Part shown: piece by piece, positions 1 through 11,061 of the stretch
Layout: every line of letters begins with the position of its first letter
Position numbering within the stretch: the first letter of the stretch is position 1
Source: Pelagomonas calceolata
Lineage: Eukaryota
Reading direction: 5' to 3'
DNA length: 64,000 bases
Assembly (NCBI GenBank): GCA_918797485.1
Contig: CAKKNE010000003.1
Location: 4,650,001 to 4,714,000, forward strand
Program-made: the position numbers and the translations under genes
The notes under the pieces: generated by a model
What the model was told of the DNA's origin: nothing
The model's database searches: none
Seen by the model: only the letters and a program-made list of their open reading frames with translations

Positions 1-508
1 CGAAGCAGAGACGGGCCGTCCGGCGGCACGCGGCCGCCAGCGCCCGGTCCACCGCCGGCGTCGCGGCGTCGGTGGGCCCAGCTTGGCAGCTGAGGCTAAT
101 GATGATGATGTCGCGACGGCGTGACCACCGTTGCTGGGGCAGTGGATGCGGGCGATCGTGGGCCTGTCACGAATCGCTTGCGGCCCACTAAAAAGCACGT
201 ATGCGGGAGAACACGGCCCGGGAGGGCGCCGCGGAGCAGATTTGGCTAATCTGGCCGCAAAGCCGCAAGGGCAGCGGGATCTGTTCTACCGCCGCAGCAC
301 TTACTCTTGGACTCCTCGACGGCTTCTGTGGGCCCGCGCGGGCTAGCGTAAGACAGACACTAGCAAGCAAGCAAGCAAGCAAGCCACTTTGCGCGGGCGC
401 TCCACTACCATGCAACCATTGCGCGCAGAAATTATATTTGACATCTCAGTATTGCTGCGAAACGGGACGAGAGCCGTGAGCGCGCTACACAGCGCACAGC
501 ACCAGCCC

Positions 509-1311
509 TCACTGCAGCCTCTGCGCAGCAAGCAGTCGCGATGCATTCGTCGACGCGGCGCAGTGGTCTGCCTCGAGCTTTTTTCGCTCAATATCAACTA
601 ATTCGTGCCGCTCTGCGGCTCGTTTTTGCGCATTCATTCTTTGAGAGTGAACTGCCACAGCACGACTTTCCGCATCCGTAATCTTTTTCAGATCAAGATG
701 ACGCAAAGTCTTCAGGCGATCAACAGCAAATCGCCGATAGGCAGTAGGGTCTTTCAACGCAATTGGATTGCCGTCCAGGCTTAGCTCCATCAAGTGTCGT
801 AAATGAAAGAAGCAATCAATTGCGTCTAACGAGTGGATTTTATTGTTGCTCAAGAAGAGGCGCTGAAGCGATTGGACCTGTTGCAGGGACCCAATCTTAT
901 CTATATAGTTACGCCGAACATTGAGTTCAGTTAGAGACTGCAAACCGCTGAGCCCGTCTAGCTCTGTTAGCTTATTGCCGGCAAGGTTCAATACCCGCAA
1001 CTCCGATAAGGCATCAAGTTGCTCGACTTTTGCGATGGTATTCGAATGAAGGTCTAGCACATCAAGCTTTATCAGCTTACTAAGGTTTGAGATGTGCTTT
1101 ATACGATTTTTGCCGAGCATCAACACCCTAAGCGTTGGTACACACTCAAGATCACGAGATAGTTTTTCGATGCGATTGTTATATAGATCAAGAAAAATGA
1201 GGTTGGGTAGACGAGATAAATTTGTCACCTCTACAATATAACTGTTTTGATAATTAAGCAATCTGATGCGCTCTTCGGCTTTAAGAACTGGACAGGTAGT
1301 GAGATGGCGTC
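509..1311 (-). CDS. Leucine-rich repeat protein, LRRC49-like (partial or exon; atypically AT-rich)
   Basis: Tandem LRRs (LIFLDLYNNRI, LRVLMLGKNRI, LDVLDLHSNTI, LRVLNLAGNKL) and an LRRcap-like end (GNPI..YRRF..LRHLD). The frame stays open upstream to ~1311 (RRHLTTCPVLKAEERIRLLN). True start not found. Confidence 0.75.
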
Positions 1312-1454
1312 TAGGGGCGAGCCGTGGGCCTCAGCTGTGCTACTCAGGCTTTCGGCGAACGAAAGCGCCATCGACTGTTTCGAGTGGACGGATGGTCTGA
1401 TAATTTGAACCTTATTGTAGCCTACTACTCAGTAAGACGTAGTAGGTCTTCCTT

Positions 1455-1612
1455 ATTCAAATAAATGAATGAAAGGTAGATAAATTAGTAAACAATCGCC
1501 ATCGTCGCCTCCGAGCGAACACTCGGGCCGACGGTGTACGGGGGCCGGGGGCGTTCGGTCACGCAGACCCCGCGTCGGCTTGGTGCAAGGCGGCCGAGCT
1601 CTAAGCAAAGCA
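1455..1612 (-). repeat. Dispersed repeat family E (probable non-LTR retroelement 3' end with AT-rich tail)
   Basis: The motif ttgctttgcttagagct(a/c)ggccgcct..gccgacgcggggtctgcg recurs at ~18139-18400(+), 27695-27725(-), 58184-58220(+) and 58479-58590(+). Several copies end in ATTT-rich tails. Confidence 0.6.
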
Positions 1613-2061
1613 AATGAAGAAATAAATGAGAGGGGGCGACGCCGACGCCGCGACGGCGTATGAGGGCTGGGCGGGCCGGGCGAACGGTTCAACGAAACGG
1701 TCACGCGGGGAGGCGTCGTGGTGGCTAAGCCACAGCCTCTGGTTGCCTAGCTCCTTCGAACCTTCGAACTGGAACCAACTAAACTTGCATAAACTAAGCA
1801 ACTAAAAACGGCGAGGGCGGGAAAAAAGTACATCACAGCGCCTTTCGCCAGGCTTCCCAAGAGCAGCACTCCAGCTATGGCACGGAGCAAGGATTTCCGG
1901 CGGCGAGCTCCTCCGGCCGACTGACTAGGCTGCCGATAAAGGCGAGATGGCGACACCCCCGCCCCACCGTAGGAGGAGCGCCACCACCTCGAAAGCCACA
2001 ACCAGAGAAGAAAATGACACCCACCAACCAAACCGACCAGGGGTAGTAGTTCTCCGATCCG

Positions 2062-2718
2062 TTACCGGTTGCCACCCGTCCGCCACTCTTTTATCTTCTC
2101 GCAGAGGAACGCCGCCATCGCCGACGCGCGCGGCGAGGCCGCGACGTCGCTCCGGACACGGCGCAGCGGGTCGGCGCAGAGGCGGCTGCACCACTTCAGG
2201 TTCGCCTCGTCGTCGGCGCAGATGACCACGAGCGCCCAGACGGCCTCCTCCCGCGCCTCGGCGGCGACGTGCGCGTTCAGCGCGTCCGCGAGGACGCGGA
2301 TCGCGCCGGCGGCGGGAGCGGCCGCACGCCCGAGCGCGTTGTTGAAGCACAGCGCTCGCAGCGCGCGCGCCCCCTTGGTTTGCACGTCCGCGTGAGCCGC
2401 GTGACGACGCATCACGTCCACGACGGCCTGTAGCGCGCCGCGGTCGACCGCCGCGCGCTTGCGGAGCGGCGCGTTGTGGAGTTGCGTCGCAAGCTCGTCC
2501 AGGAAACTCGCGCAGACGCCGGGCTCCGCCTCCCGCAGCGCGTCGAGGCCGCGCGCGACGTCCGGGTCGAGGTCGTCTGTCGGCGCCGACGCGTCGTCGT
2601 CGAGCGCGGGTGCCGACGCCACCGGTGCGACGGGCACGGGCGCCGCCGGCTCCGCGCCGTCGTCGCTGTCGGCGGCAAAACGGTCCCACCTGGCGTATGT
2701 TGTCGAGAGCGACGCCAT
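2062..2718 (-). CDS. Armadillo-like helical repeat protein
   Basis: ORF with ARM-like motifs (GALQAVVDVMRRH..DVQ..G.RAL.AL; GAI.VL..AL..H). ATG at 2718. Confidence 0.6.
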   Translation of the reverse strand: MASLSTTYARWDRFAADSDDGAEPAAPVPVAPVASAPALDDDASAPTDDLDPDVARGLDALREAEPGVCASFLDELATQLHNAPLRKRAAVDRGALQAVVDVMRRHAAHADVQTKGARALRALCFNNALGRAAAPAAGAIRVLADALNAHVAAEAREEAVWALVVICADDEANLKWCSRLCADPLRRVRSDVAASPRASAMAAFLCEKIKEWRTGGNR

Positions 2719-2795
2719 TGCTTCCTCGCACAGTCTCGTATTGGTCAATATTTATGCTGCTCTGCCTCGTCTGACTCTAATGTACGAGCTATTTA

Positions 2796-2851
2796 GTACC
2801 GTACCGTAGGTACCGTACCGTAGGTACCTACGGTACCTACGGTAGGTACCT
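2796..2851. promoter_or_regulatory. Palindromic GTAC-core array (GTACCGTAG/CTACGGTAC units), candidate promoter element
   Basis: About 80 bp upstream of ATG 2718. Similar arrays precede genes at eight other loci. Confidence 0.5.
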
Positions 2852-3102
2852 AGAGAGAGAAACCTACTAGCCCTTCCTACCCTAGATATGTATCTCCCAC
2901 TCTCTAATATTTGAGTCTATACATCGAGTGTCAAAAGCACTACGGTGTAACAACAGTTCACTATAAAACACTCTCGCAGTCAGGCCTATCAGCTCCAAGC
3001 TGGTTAGCTAGGACCCTGCTACTTACATAACGCTGCGACATACTCTTGCCAGGTTATGGGCCCACAGGGTTCTGCCTATTGACGTAGAGTGTTTTACAGT
3101 GA
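2851..3102. repeat. Dispersed repeat family A (unclassified mobile element)
   Basis: Closely similar to 23056-23323 with the same two ends; partial copy at 19785-19953. Internal inverted repeat cactataaaacactct / agagtgttttacagtg. Confidence 0.8.
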
Positions 3103-3503
3103 TGCTGTTCCGTTTACCAAGTCGGCTGCTTTCGTGCCGAGCCGCTTTTCTTCCGCGAATAGCTTCGCTATGTCCCTCACGCTCGACTTATGGTTATCTA
3201 GGTTGCTAGACATGTCGGTTACTTATGGGGTTAGCCTCACTTGGGCTTTGTAGGGTCGTTTCCCGCTGTTCCCCCCAGTGAAGTGAACTTACTTTAGGTT
3301 CACCCCGGTGTTTTTACGGCGCCTATTTAGCGCCGGGCTTGATCCGCTTGGATAAGTAAGAAGATACGGGATATAGGGAAATATCAGCCCCGGGCACGTG
3401 CCGGCTGATGTAGCGTGCTGATAGGCGAGAGTAATGTAGCCATAGATCCGGCGATAGGGGGCTATGGCGTTGCGGATATATATCTAGGGGAGTTTTCACC
3501 TCA
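3103..3503 (-). mobile_element. 5' LTR (3279-3503) with PBS and truncated gag start of an LTR retrotransposon
   Basis: 225-bp TG...CA LTR nearly identical to 47050-47274. Followed by the PBS-like TGGGGGGAACAGCGGGA and a short ORF start (MSSNLDNHKSSVRDIAKLF...) cut off by repeat A. Confidence 0.8.
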
Positions 3504-3696
3504 GCGCGCCCCGCCGGCCGCCGGCGGTATCTATCTCGATCGATGCTAATCATACTAGGAGTCGTACGTGTATTTTCTGGCGCACGCGGAGGCCGGCCTG
3601 TCGGGGGAAAAAGTCGTCTCGTCGTCGGGAGCCCAGTAAAAAGCGGGAATTACATCGATTCGGGCGGAGGATATCTAGAGGGGGAGGACGGGCCAG

Positions 3697-4854
3697 TCAC
3701 TTGGCTTCCGGCGCCGCGGAATCCTCCTCCTTCGCCTGCGAGCCGTCCTCCATCACGAGCTGGAGCTGGACCATCTCCTCGAACATCATAGACTGGAGCT
3801 CCTCGCGCGGCAGCGCGTCGCCGCTCTTGGTCTCCGCCGCGTCGCTCCTTTCGAACTCGAAGTCGAAGGCGTCGTCGCAGAGCGGCTCGGGCATCTGGCC
3901 GTGCAGATCTGATAGGTAGGGGTGCTCCAGGCACCGCTCCACCGAGGCTCGTTCGTGAGGGTCGAACACGAGCATCTTTTGCAGCAGGTCGAGCGCGGTA
4001 GGGGAGGCGTCCCTCGGAAAGTACGACTTGAACTCGTGCAATTCATCGTTCGTGCAGCCCGCCTCGACGGCGTCGCGCGCCGCGCGGTGCTCGATCGCGC
4101 CCAAGGCCTTCTCGGAGGGTCTCCCCAAGACGGAGACAATGGTTTCTAGCTGGTGCTGCGGCGTGTCGCCCCGGAAGAAGGGTTTCCTGCGGAGCATCTC
4201 CGCGAAGACGCATCCCACGGACCAGACGTCGATGGGCGGGCCGTAGTCCTTGGCCTCGCAGAGCAGCTCGGGCGCGCGGTACCACCGCGTCACCACGTAT
4301 TCGGTGAGCTTGCCCGCGTCGTCGTCGACGCCGCGCGCCAGTCCGAAATCGCAGATCGCCAGATCGCAGTTGCCGTTCACGAGGAGGTTCGACGGTTTCA
4401 GGTCCCTGTGCAGCACGTGCGCCGAGTGGATGTACTTCAGGCCCCGCAGGATCTGGTAGAGGAAGTACTGGTGGTGCTGGTTCGTCAGGGCCTGCCGCGA
4501 GGTGATGATGCGATCGAGGTCGGACTCCATCAGATTGGTGACGATGTACACGTCCTGGAAGTCGATCGTGTTCGGGGGCACCGTCACCAGATCCTTCACC
4601 TGCACGATGTTCTCGTGGCTGCCGAAGTGGCGCAGGAGCTTGATTTCCCGCAGGATTCGTTTCGCGTCCACCAGGTCGCCGAAGACGTTCGCTATCTTTT
4701 TGATGGCTACGCGCCTCCCGGTCGTCGCGTCGTCCGCGGCGCACACGACGCCGTAGGACCCGCCGCCGATCGGCCGCAAATTGGAGTAGCGCACGTCGAT
4801 GTAAAACTGGTCCCGGCCCAGCGGCACGCTGTGGTACTTCCTTCGGAAAGACAT
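3697..4854 (-). CDS. Mitogen-activated protein kinase (TEY type)
   Basis: GGGSYGVV, VAIKKI, HRDLKPSNLL, DFGLAR, TEYVVTRWYRAPE. Confidence 0.95.
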   Translation of the reverse strand: MSFRRKYHSVPLGRDQFYIDVRYSNLRPIGGGSYGVVCAADDATTGRRVAIKKIANVFGDLVDAKRILREIKLLRHFGSHENIVQVKDLVTVPPNTIDFQDVYIVTNLMESDLDRIITSRQALTNQHHQYFLYQILRGLKYIHSAHVLHRDLKPSNLLVNGNCDLAICDFGLARGVDDDAGKLTEYVVTRWYRAPELLCEAKDYGPPIDVWSVGCVFAEMLRRKPFFRGDTPQHQLETIVSVLGRPSEKALGAIEHRAARDAVEAGCTNDELHEFKSYFPRDASPTALDLLQKMLVFDPHERASVERCLEHPYLSDLHGQMPEPLCDDAFDFEFERSDAAETKSGDALPREELQSMMFEEMVQLQLVMEDGSQAKEEDSAAPEAK

Positions 4855-5090
4855 TTTGGTGAGCAGCGCCTGATGATACAGGATGGTCGCGGCCGCGCCT
4901 TCGGGCGAAACGGCGCCGAACGGTCGACGAACTGAAACGCGTGGCAGGTGAACAAACGGCTGATTACCGCCCCGTCCAGGGCTCGTTCCCAGGAAATCCG
5001 CGTGCTAGCGGCCTGTAAGACACTAGGGATGCCTAGCCAGCTTGGTAGTTTTCACGGCTGTAGCTCTACGTGCAATTCATTAATTTGAAC

Positions 5091-6341
5091 ATGCCGCGGC
5101 CCCTAGACAACAGTTATGAGAGTAGCAGCGATGACGACGACGACGCGCTGCGGGTCGACGCGGCCTTCGCCAAGGCGTACAGCGCGAGGGAGCAAAAGCG
5201 CCTAGACGCGAGGCGGGCGGCCGGCGGCGATGGCGTGCTCGACGCGGGCGTCGCCTCGTCGTCGGACTCGGAGAGCAGCGACGACGACGGCGCCGCGGCG
5301 CTGACGCCGCGCGTGGAAGCGGACGTGTTGAAGACGATGGCGGCCATCCGCCGCAGGGACGCCGCGGTTTACGACGGCACGACGGCGTTCTTCGCGGACG
5401 CGCCGCGCGCGCGGGCGCGCGCCAGCGCTGCGGAGGGGGCGGCGACGACCTTCAAAGACCTGGCGCGCGCGCGGCTCGCCGCGGGCGACGCGGGCGCCGA
5501 CGCGGGCGCCGGCGGCGCCGCGCCGCGCCACCCGCACGCGTACGACGCCGAGCAGCGCGCGCTGCGACAGGCGATGGTCGAGGCGGGGGCCGGCGACGCT
5601 GATGAGTGCGCCCTCTTCCACCCCAAGAGGGCCGGGGGTGGCGGGGCCGACGACCGCGCGCCCGTCCGAGCCGCGCTGGACGAGCTGCGCGCGGCGCCCG
5701 CCGGCGACACCCTCCAGGACGCATTCCTCGCCGACTTCGTCGCGGGGCGGCGCTGGGCCGCGCCGGACGCCCTGTCGCCGGAGGCCGAGCGCGACGCCGA
5801 CGATGCCGCCGACGCCGACGACGCCGACGCGTTCGAAGCTGCGTACAACTTCCGCTTCGAGAGCGGCCCGGCGGCGATCGCGACGCACGCGCGCGCCACG
5901 CCCGGCTCGCTGCGCCGGACCGACGACCGGCGCCGGGCGAAGCGCGAGGCGCGCCGCGAGCGCAAGGCCGCGGACCGCCGGCGCAAGGAGAACGAGTTGA
6001 AATGCCTGCGGGGCCTGGCCGCCAAGGAGGCCGCCGCGGTCGGCGTCGAAGCCGAGGCCGTCGCGCCGGGCGGCTTCCGCTACCGCGCCGTGCCCGCGGC
6101 CGACTACGGCCTCTCCACGGACGAGATCCTGCGGACGCCCGACGCGGACCTGAATCGGCTGGTGTCGGTGAAGCGCCTCGCGCCGTATCGCGACCGCGAG
6201 TTCCAGGTGACGGCGGACCGCCGGAAGCGGTGGCGCCGCGACCAGGCCGCGCGCGAGGAGGCGAGGGTCGCGGAGAAAGAGGCGGCGAAGCGCCGCCGCA
6301 AGCGCGCGCGGCGCAAGGCCGCGCGCGCCGACGCGCTCTGA
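5091..6341 (+). CDS. KRI1: KRI1 homolog (40S ribosome biogenesis)
   Basis: FEAAYNFRFE, SLRR.D.RR and the C-terminal FRYR.V...DYGLSTDEIL..PD.DLN..VS.K.LAPYR motifs. Confidence 0.85.
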   Translation: MPRPLDNSYESSSDDDDDALRVDAAFAKAYSAREQKRLDARRAAGGDGVLDAGVASSSDSESSDDDGAAALTPRVEADVLKTMAAIRRRDAAVYDGTTAFFADAPRARARASAAEGAATTFKDLARARLAAGDAGADAGAGGAAPRHPHAYDAEQRALRQAMVEAGAGDADECALFHPKRAGGGGADDRAPVRAALDELRAAPAGDTLQDAFLADFVAGRRWAAPDALSPEAERDADDAADADDADAFEAAYNFRFESGPAAIATHARATPGSLRRTDDRRRAKREARRERKAADRRRKENELKCLRGLAAKEAAAVGVEAEAVAPGGFRYRAVPAADYGLSTDEILRTPDADLNRLVSVKRLAPYRDREFQVTADRRKRWRRDQAAREEARVAEKEAAKRRRKRARRKAARADAL

Positions 6342-6408
6342 CCTACTTGGTTACTTGGTCCCACTCGACCTACTTGTCCTTTAAGATAGACGTCTAAAGC
6401 GCCCGGAA

Positions 6409-6553
6409 TCGGCCTAGGCACAAGCCGGAAATTCCCTTCCTTAGAGCCCTATATAGATATGGAACGCTAGGAAATAATTTTTCCGTAATTATGGTTCAAT
6501 TTATACGTCTCAGGGGCGATTTTTGGTTTGGGGTTCGGGTTTTATCGCAGTGG
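6409..6553 (+). repeat. Dispersed repeat family G, copy 1
   Basis: About 145 bp, near-identical to 14846-14986. Confidence 0.9.
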
Positions 6554-6886
6554 TCGCACCGCGTCGCAGCTGCTTGCTCTGCGCGAGGCTGCCCGCATGG
6601 TACCAAATTGTGCACAGCCCATTATTTTAGCATCGGAACGGAACTAAATGGGTTCAATGGATACCGAGCGTAAACGGCGGTCGATGGGAGCTTCACGGCC
6701 GGCCCGTCGATAGCGCCAGGGTGAGCATGCTACGACCCCCGACGCTAATCTAGTACCTCTTGGACAGGGCTGCTGCGTAGCTGCGGCAGTGGTGCCCGAT
6801 TGCTGCGCAGCTTCGCGGCAACGATATTGAAAACGTCTCGAGGTGAAGATTTAAAATTCTTTGTCCAATTTGTCCCGGGCGGCGTG

Positions 6887-7819
6887 ATGTTGCGAGAGTT
6901 CCTCAAGCTGGCCTGCTATCTCGTTGCTGCCCGGTCAGCCACTGCCATTGGGGTGCCAGTCGAGGGGAGCGCAGGCCAGAACACATCTCCTAGCAACGTC
7001 GCAACAATCCAGGCGCGACTCTGGTCGGACGCTTGCGCCCCGCGACTGATTGCACGCCATTCCGTGCCGCAGCCCTGCGCGCCCATGAAACCGCACACAC
7101 CTGACCGATCTCACCAGTGTGTGGTGGGTCATTACACCATATGCGTTGCGATGAAGGGCGGTTCCACATCTGTCACGGAAATTGCACGCAACTGGACTCG
7201 CAGGACAGCGCCGAATATGTGGGCGCTCAAGCCACAGCTTGGAGTTGCGTCACTAGGGTGCTTCTTTCAACAGCCAATTGCCCTTTCCCCACCGATGTCG
7301 ACTAACGTCCTGATTATTCGAAATCCATTTGTTCGTTTTTGTTCGGCGGTCATTCACAAGGGCAGCAAAATTCTCGGGATATCCAGAACAACCGCGCGTC
7401 TCGACGCCAACGATGTCACGCTGGTTCGACGAGTAGCGCACGAGCTGCTACGAAGACGGAGAATCTCGACCGGATTCATTGCCCTAGGTAACCCGCATTT
7501 CCTGCCTATTGTGGATACGTGCACTTACATGAGCTTCAACTACTCTGCTGTTGTTGAGCTCGGATGTGTTGGAGCCTGGCTTAACGACATAGATCTCTCA
7601 AAGCGCACCAATGGCGCCAGTATCACCTCTGGTCTCAACCACACGGCCGAATTCAATATGTACTGCAAGTACTACGATCGTGAACTTGTGTTGGCAATCC
7701 AGGAGCTGTATGCCGCAGATTTTGCCGCTGGGGCCTTCTCAACGACATTTTATTGCCCAGCAACAGGACTTAATGTCACGAGCACACTTTACCAACCCAG
7801 ATGCCACCGTGCATTCTAG
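6887..7819 (+). CDS. Carbohydrate sulfotransferase (Sulfotransfer_2 / CHST-like)
   Basis: N-terminal hydrophobic segment, 5'-PSB CVAMKGGSTS, 3'-PB IIRNPFVRFCSA, HF.P and LYAADF. Lower GC than neighbours. Confidence 0.8.
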   Translation: MLREFLKLACYLVAARSATAIGVPVEGSAGQNTSPSNVATIQARLWSDACAPRLIARHSVPQPCAPMKPHTPDRSHQCVVGHYTICVAMKGGSTSVTEIARNWTRRTAPNMWALKPQLGVASLGCFFQQPIALSPPMSTNVLIIRNPFVRFCSAVIHKGSKILGISRTTARLDANDVTLVRRVAHELLRRRRISTGFIALGNPHFLPIVDTCTYMSFNYSAVVELGCVGAWLNDIDLSKRTNGASITSGLNHTAEFNMYCKYYDRELVLAIQELYAADFAAGAFSTTFYCPATGLNVTSTLYQPRCHRAF

Positions 7820-7939
7820 CCGCCTCTACTCTAGAGCCGTGCATCATCGCACTGCATCAGGACTGTGGGGCCCGGACGCACCTAATCTGTCCCAGGGCGG
7901 CGGGCCTGAGACGACGTGACATACACACACACACAATGC

Positions 7940-8390
7940 CAAATTAAAGAAAAGGAAAAAAAGGAACAAACGCAGAGAGCTTCTCCCCGCTCGGTCAGGA
8001 TGCCCAACCGGAGCCTCGAAATGCAATGGCATTCGCCAGTATTCTCAGTCTCGTGAGGTAAGTCGTCACTCATTAGGACGTCGCAAAGACCTTCGGGGCT
8101 CAAACCACGCGCGATAGGGTGCATCTCGTAGAACCGTTTAAGGAACGTGTCACGTTCTTTCGTAAAAGCCGAGCATTCAAGTAAGGTATGTTGAATCGTT
8201 TCCGACTCGCGGGATTCGCAGCAGGGACACTGCGCGTTACGGACAAGATGCATTCGGGAGCTCGAGCTCCGGAGGTCATGGCAACCCAATCGGAACTTCG
8301 ACTTCAACCTCCGCCCTTCCCGGAGAGACGAGGGGCACGTCCTGAAGTCAAACTCGACCAAAGTAATAAACACACTAGAAACACATAATC
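7940..8390 (-). mobile_element. 5'-truncated non-LTR retrotransposon (LINE) 3' end, family D
   Basis: Encodes KFRLGCHDL...CPCC...ETIQHTLLEC (ORF2 C-terminal CCHC knuckle), then SRLRLGILTE and a T-rich tail. Confidence 0.8.
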
Positions 8391-8420
8391 GATTCGAGCG
8401 CTGCCCAAACGGCCCGCAAA

Positions 8421-9233
8421 ATGGCCGCGGAGACCGTCGTGGACGCGCCGCCCGCCGCGGCGGATGCGCCGGAGGCGCCGGCGCCCGGGCCGGCTGCCCC
8501 GGTGCCGCTGTCGGCCGCCGACGACGCCCTGGCAGCTGCAACCGCTGCCAATCAAGCCAGGGCGCCTGCGCAGCCGCGCTCGGACGACGAGTCGGACGAG
8601 TCGCCGCCTCCCACAAGAAAGCGCAAGGCGAGCGACGCGGACGCGTCGCCGCCGACGGATGGCGCGGGTTTAGCTTTGGAGGACGTTGTCCAGAAGTTGA
8701 CGGCGGATATCGCGACGGTGCGCGAGGAACGCGCCGAGTCCGAGGCGCGCTTGTTGCAAGCCATCGCCGATCTCGCAAAGAAACCCCGAGAAGAAGGCAG
8801 TGGGTTGGGCGAGTCTAGCTCGCAGAAGCGGCGGGGCTCCTCGAGTTCGAAAAGCTCGCGCTCGCACGAAGGCGACGCGTTGTCGTCGGACGACGACGCG
8901 CGGGACCACGCAGGCCACGTGAGGCGCTCCGTACAGGCGGCGCTGAGCGCTGGCGCGGGGAACGTCCAGTACAACCACTTCGCGTCCGGCTCGAACGTTA
9001 CTTTGTTGAGGCAGCGCGTAATTCGCGAACGCCGCCTCCACGGCCGCTTTGAACGCAGCGGGCTCGAGGGTGTCCCTCTTCTCAACATACTTGCTGACAA
9101 GAGCAAACAAGGCGTCGATGTCCTCGTGCGTATTTCCAACCTGCGCAAACGACGGTCGCGCGCCGGAGACGAAAGCGTCGAAACGTACCGGATTTCTAGC
9201 GTATTTGACAGACGCGATCTTCTTCGTGGCTAG
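8421..9233 (+). CDS. Hypothetical coiled-coil protein, possibly a gag-like retroelement remnant
   Basis: 270-aa ORF with acidic low-complexity N-terminus and coiled coil, lying between two LINE fragments. Confidence 0.35.
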   Translation: MAAETVVDAPPAAADAPEAPAPGPAAPVPLSAADDALAAATAANQARAPAQPRSDDESDESPPPTRKRKASDADASPPTDGAGLALEDVVQKLTADIATVREERAESEARLLQAIADLAKKPREEGSGLGESSSQKRRGSSSSKSSRSHEGDALSSDDDARDHAGHVRRSVQAALSAGAGNVQYNHFASGSNVTLLRQRVIRERRLHGRFERSGLEGVPLLNILADKSKQGVDVLVRISNLRKRRSRAGDESVETYRISSVFDRRDLLRG

Positions 9234-9287
9234 GGTAAGTAAGTAGGTAAGTAAGGAGAATAGGTGTATTCACCGTACTATAGTTTG

Positions 9288-9396
9288 CAAGCTCCTAAGC
9301 CTGAGAGCCTTCTCCCTGCTCGGTCAGGATGCCCAACCGGAGCTTCGAAACAGCAGTAAGGTATCTTACACAGTATTCTCAGTCTCGCGAGGTAGA
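9288..9396 (-). mobile_element. LINE family D 3' fragment
   Basis: Matches 7975-8060 (gagactgagaatactg...ttcgaagctccggttgggcatcctgaccgagc). Confidence 0.8.
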
Positions 9397-9851
9397 ACGT
9401 CACCCATTAGCCATTTCTGCCAGTGGTGCGATTTCGCTGCGGATTTCTGCTGTATGGGCCCCGCTGTGGGGGCGCTTGAGTTTGACGGGGCTGCGGGCAG
9501 CCCGGGTGCGTTTGGCGACTCGAAACGGTCGCTAACAGTACTCGACCACTTAATAATTGCTTAAGACCAAAGGAGTACGCACCTTTGGGAGTACGGCGGC
9601 TGAGATAGTCTGCCGCGGAGCTACCTTAAAATACACTAAGTAGTTTTGGTTTTACGGTGTTTATTACGCGTGGCGTGTTGTGTGAATCAATGTAAGTGTA
9701 TATAGAAGGGTATAGGATAGGGGCCCGGGGGGTATTTCGCCCTATTTATCGCAATTTTCCCTATACTACTGTACCCGACATCTTCAAGTTGGAACGCCTT
9801 CGTTAGAACGTCCAAATACTCGTCAGAAACGGGCTCTGGAGACGTCTATAT

Positions 9852-10838
9852 TTATTGCAACCTAGCGTTCTCGCCGCGGCGGCTCCGTGGCCCACGTCGC
9901 GCGAGGAGACGGTGGCGGAAGAGCTCCCACTGGCCGTCCTCGGGGTCGTCGGCGGCGTCGGGCGCGGGCGGCGAGCGCTTCGCCGGTTCGAGTTTCGGGG
10001 CCGCCGCCGGCTTTGGCGCGCTTCCTTCGGTGACCAGCAAGTCGAGTTGCGCGAGGACGAGGTCGTCGTCGGCGCGCGCGCGGAACGCGCGCGGATTTTC
10101 CCAGAGCACCGGGACGCGCCGCCGCCGGAAGGCGGAGAATGCCGCCGCGACCGGGTCTGCCTCCGGCGCGGCGCCGGGGCCGGCGAGCGCGAGGAGCCGT
10201 GCGCCGTCACGGAACGCGCGTGCCCACGCGACCGGCCTCCCAAGACGCTGGCCGCCGCCAGCCACCAACGCGGCGTCGACGCGGCGCGCGATCGCCGCCT
10301 CGCGCCGCCGCAGATCGCGGATCGCGTACGCGTCGAAGACTTCGCACACCAATGCGGCCGCCGCCTGCGCCGCCGGCGCGCCGCCGGCGGCGGCGCCGTA
10401 GGCCCGCAAGACGCCGCTGCGGCACCGCCCGCCGCGCCAGAGGACGCCGAGCGCGTTCTCGGCGTTCGCCGCGCGAAGGGCTCGCGCGCGGGGCCTCCGG
10501 TGAACGGGCGCTAGGCGCGCGGCCGGGACTACATGCTGCACGAGAGCGCAGAGGAGCTCACCGGACGCCAGCGCGGAGGGAAGCACGGCGGCCGTTCGCA
10601 TCGGCCCGGCGAGGCGCTGCGCGTCGATCCACCGCACGACGCCGTCGACGCGCCGCGCCGACGGCGCTCGGGGGCGGGTGCGCGCGGGCGCGCGCGCGTC
10701 AGGTTCGCAAGCCGGGGTCGGGTCGGGCGCCGGGGCGGCGCGGGCGGGCTCATGCGCGGCGGGCGGCCGGGGGCGCGGCGGCGGAGATACATTCGGCGGG
10801 CCAGGCGGCGGGCCAGGCGGCGGCGGCCGCGGATGCAT
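9852..10838 (-). CDS. Hypothetical protein with calponin-homology-like segments
   Basis: Pro-rich N-terminus, VVRWID...LASGELLCALV...NAENAL, and a second FRDG..LL.L motif. Confidence 0.55.
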   Translation of the reverse strand: MHPRPPPPGPPPGPPNVSPPPRPRPPAAHEPARAAPAPDPTPACEPDARAPARTRPRAPSARRVDGVVRWIDAQRLAGPMRTAAVLPSALASGELLCALVQHVVPAARLAPVHRRPRARALRAANAENALGVLWRGGRCRSGVLRAYGAAAGGAPAAQAAAALVCEVFDAYAIRDLRRREAAIARRVDAALVAGGGQRLGRPVAWARAFRDGARLLALAGPGAAPEADPVAAAFSAFRRRRVPVLWENPRAFRARADDDLVLAQLDLLVTEGSAPKPAAAPKLEPAKRSPPAPDAADDPEDGQWELFRHRLLARRGPRSRRGENARLQ

Positions 10839-11061
10839 TCGGCCGTCTGGGTCCCTACAAGCTCGTATCGAAAGGCGGGACCCGCAGGCCAGGCAGCCCC
10901 AAACAGTGTCCTTCGTGGCCCCCAGCTACGACACGCGACGCTTTCTCTAAGGTCCTCCGCTTATGCCACCCGTTACGCACCGCGTAGAGCTAAGAAACAG
11001 GACACTTGGTAGAATGCCTAGTATCTTTAAGGTGCTAGCTGCGATTTCAGCGCGTACGATA

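Noticed and set aside
362..384. (AGCA)n microsatellite, plus small tandem motifs at 15583-15607, 28018-28042 and 48138-48178
   Set aside because: Ordinary slippage repeats with no further structure.
2796..2851. GTAC arrays as a CRISPR array or telomeric repeat
   Set aside because: Units are short, mixed-orientation and spacer-less; there are no cas genes; the context is eukaryotic and units are not in a single telomere-like orientation.
3253..3278. tRNA gene
   Set aside because: Only a 3'-end-like fragment adjacent to an LTR; better explained as a primer-binding site.
7882..8778. 298-aa ORF as one gene
   Set aside because: The N-terminal half is antisense shadow of 8421-9233; only the C-terminal LINE fragment is meaningful.
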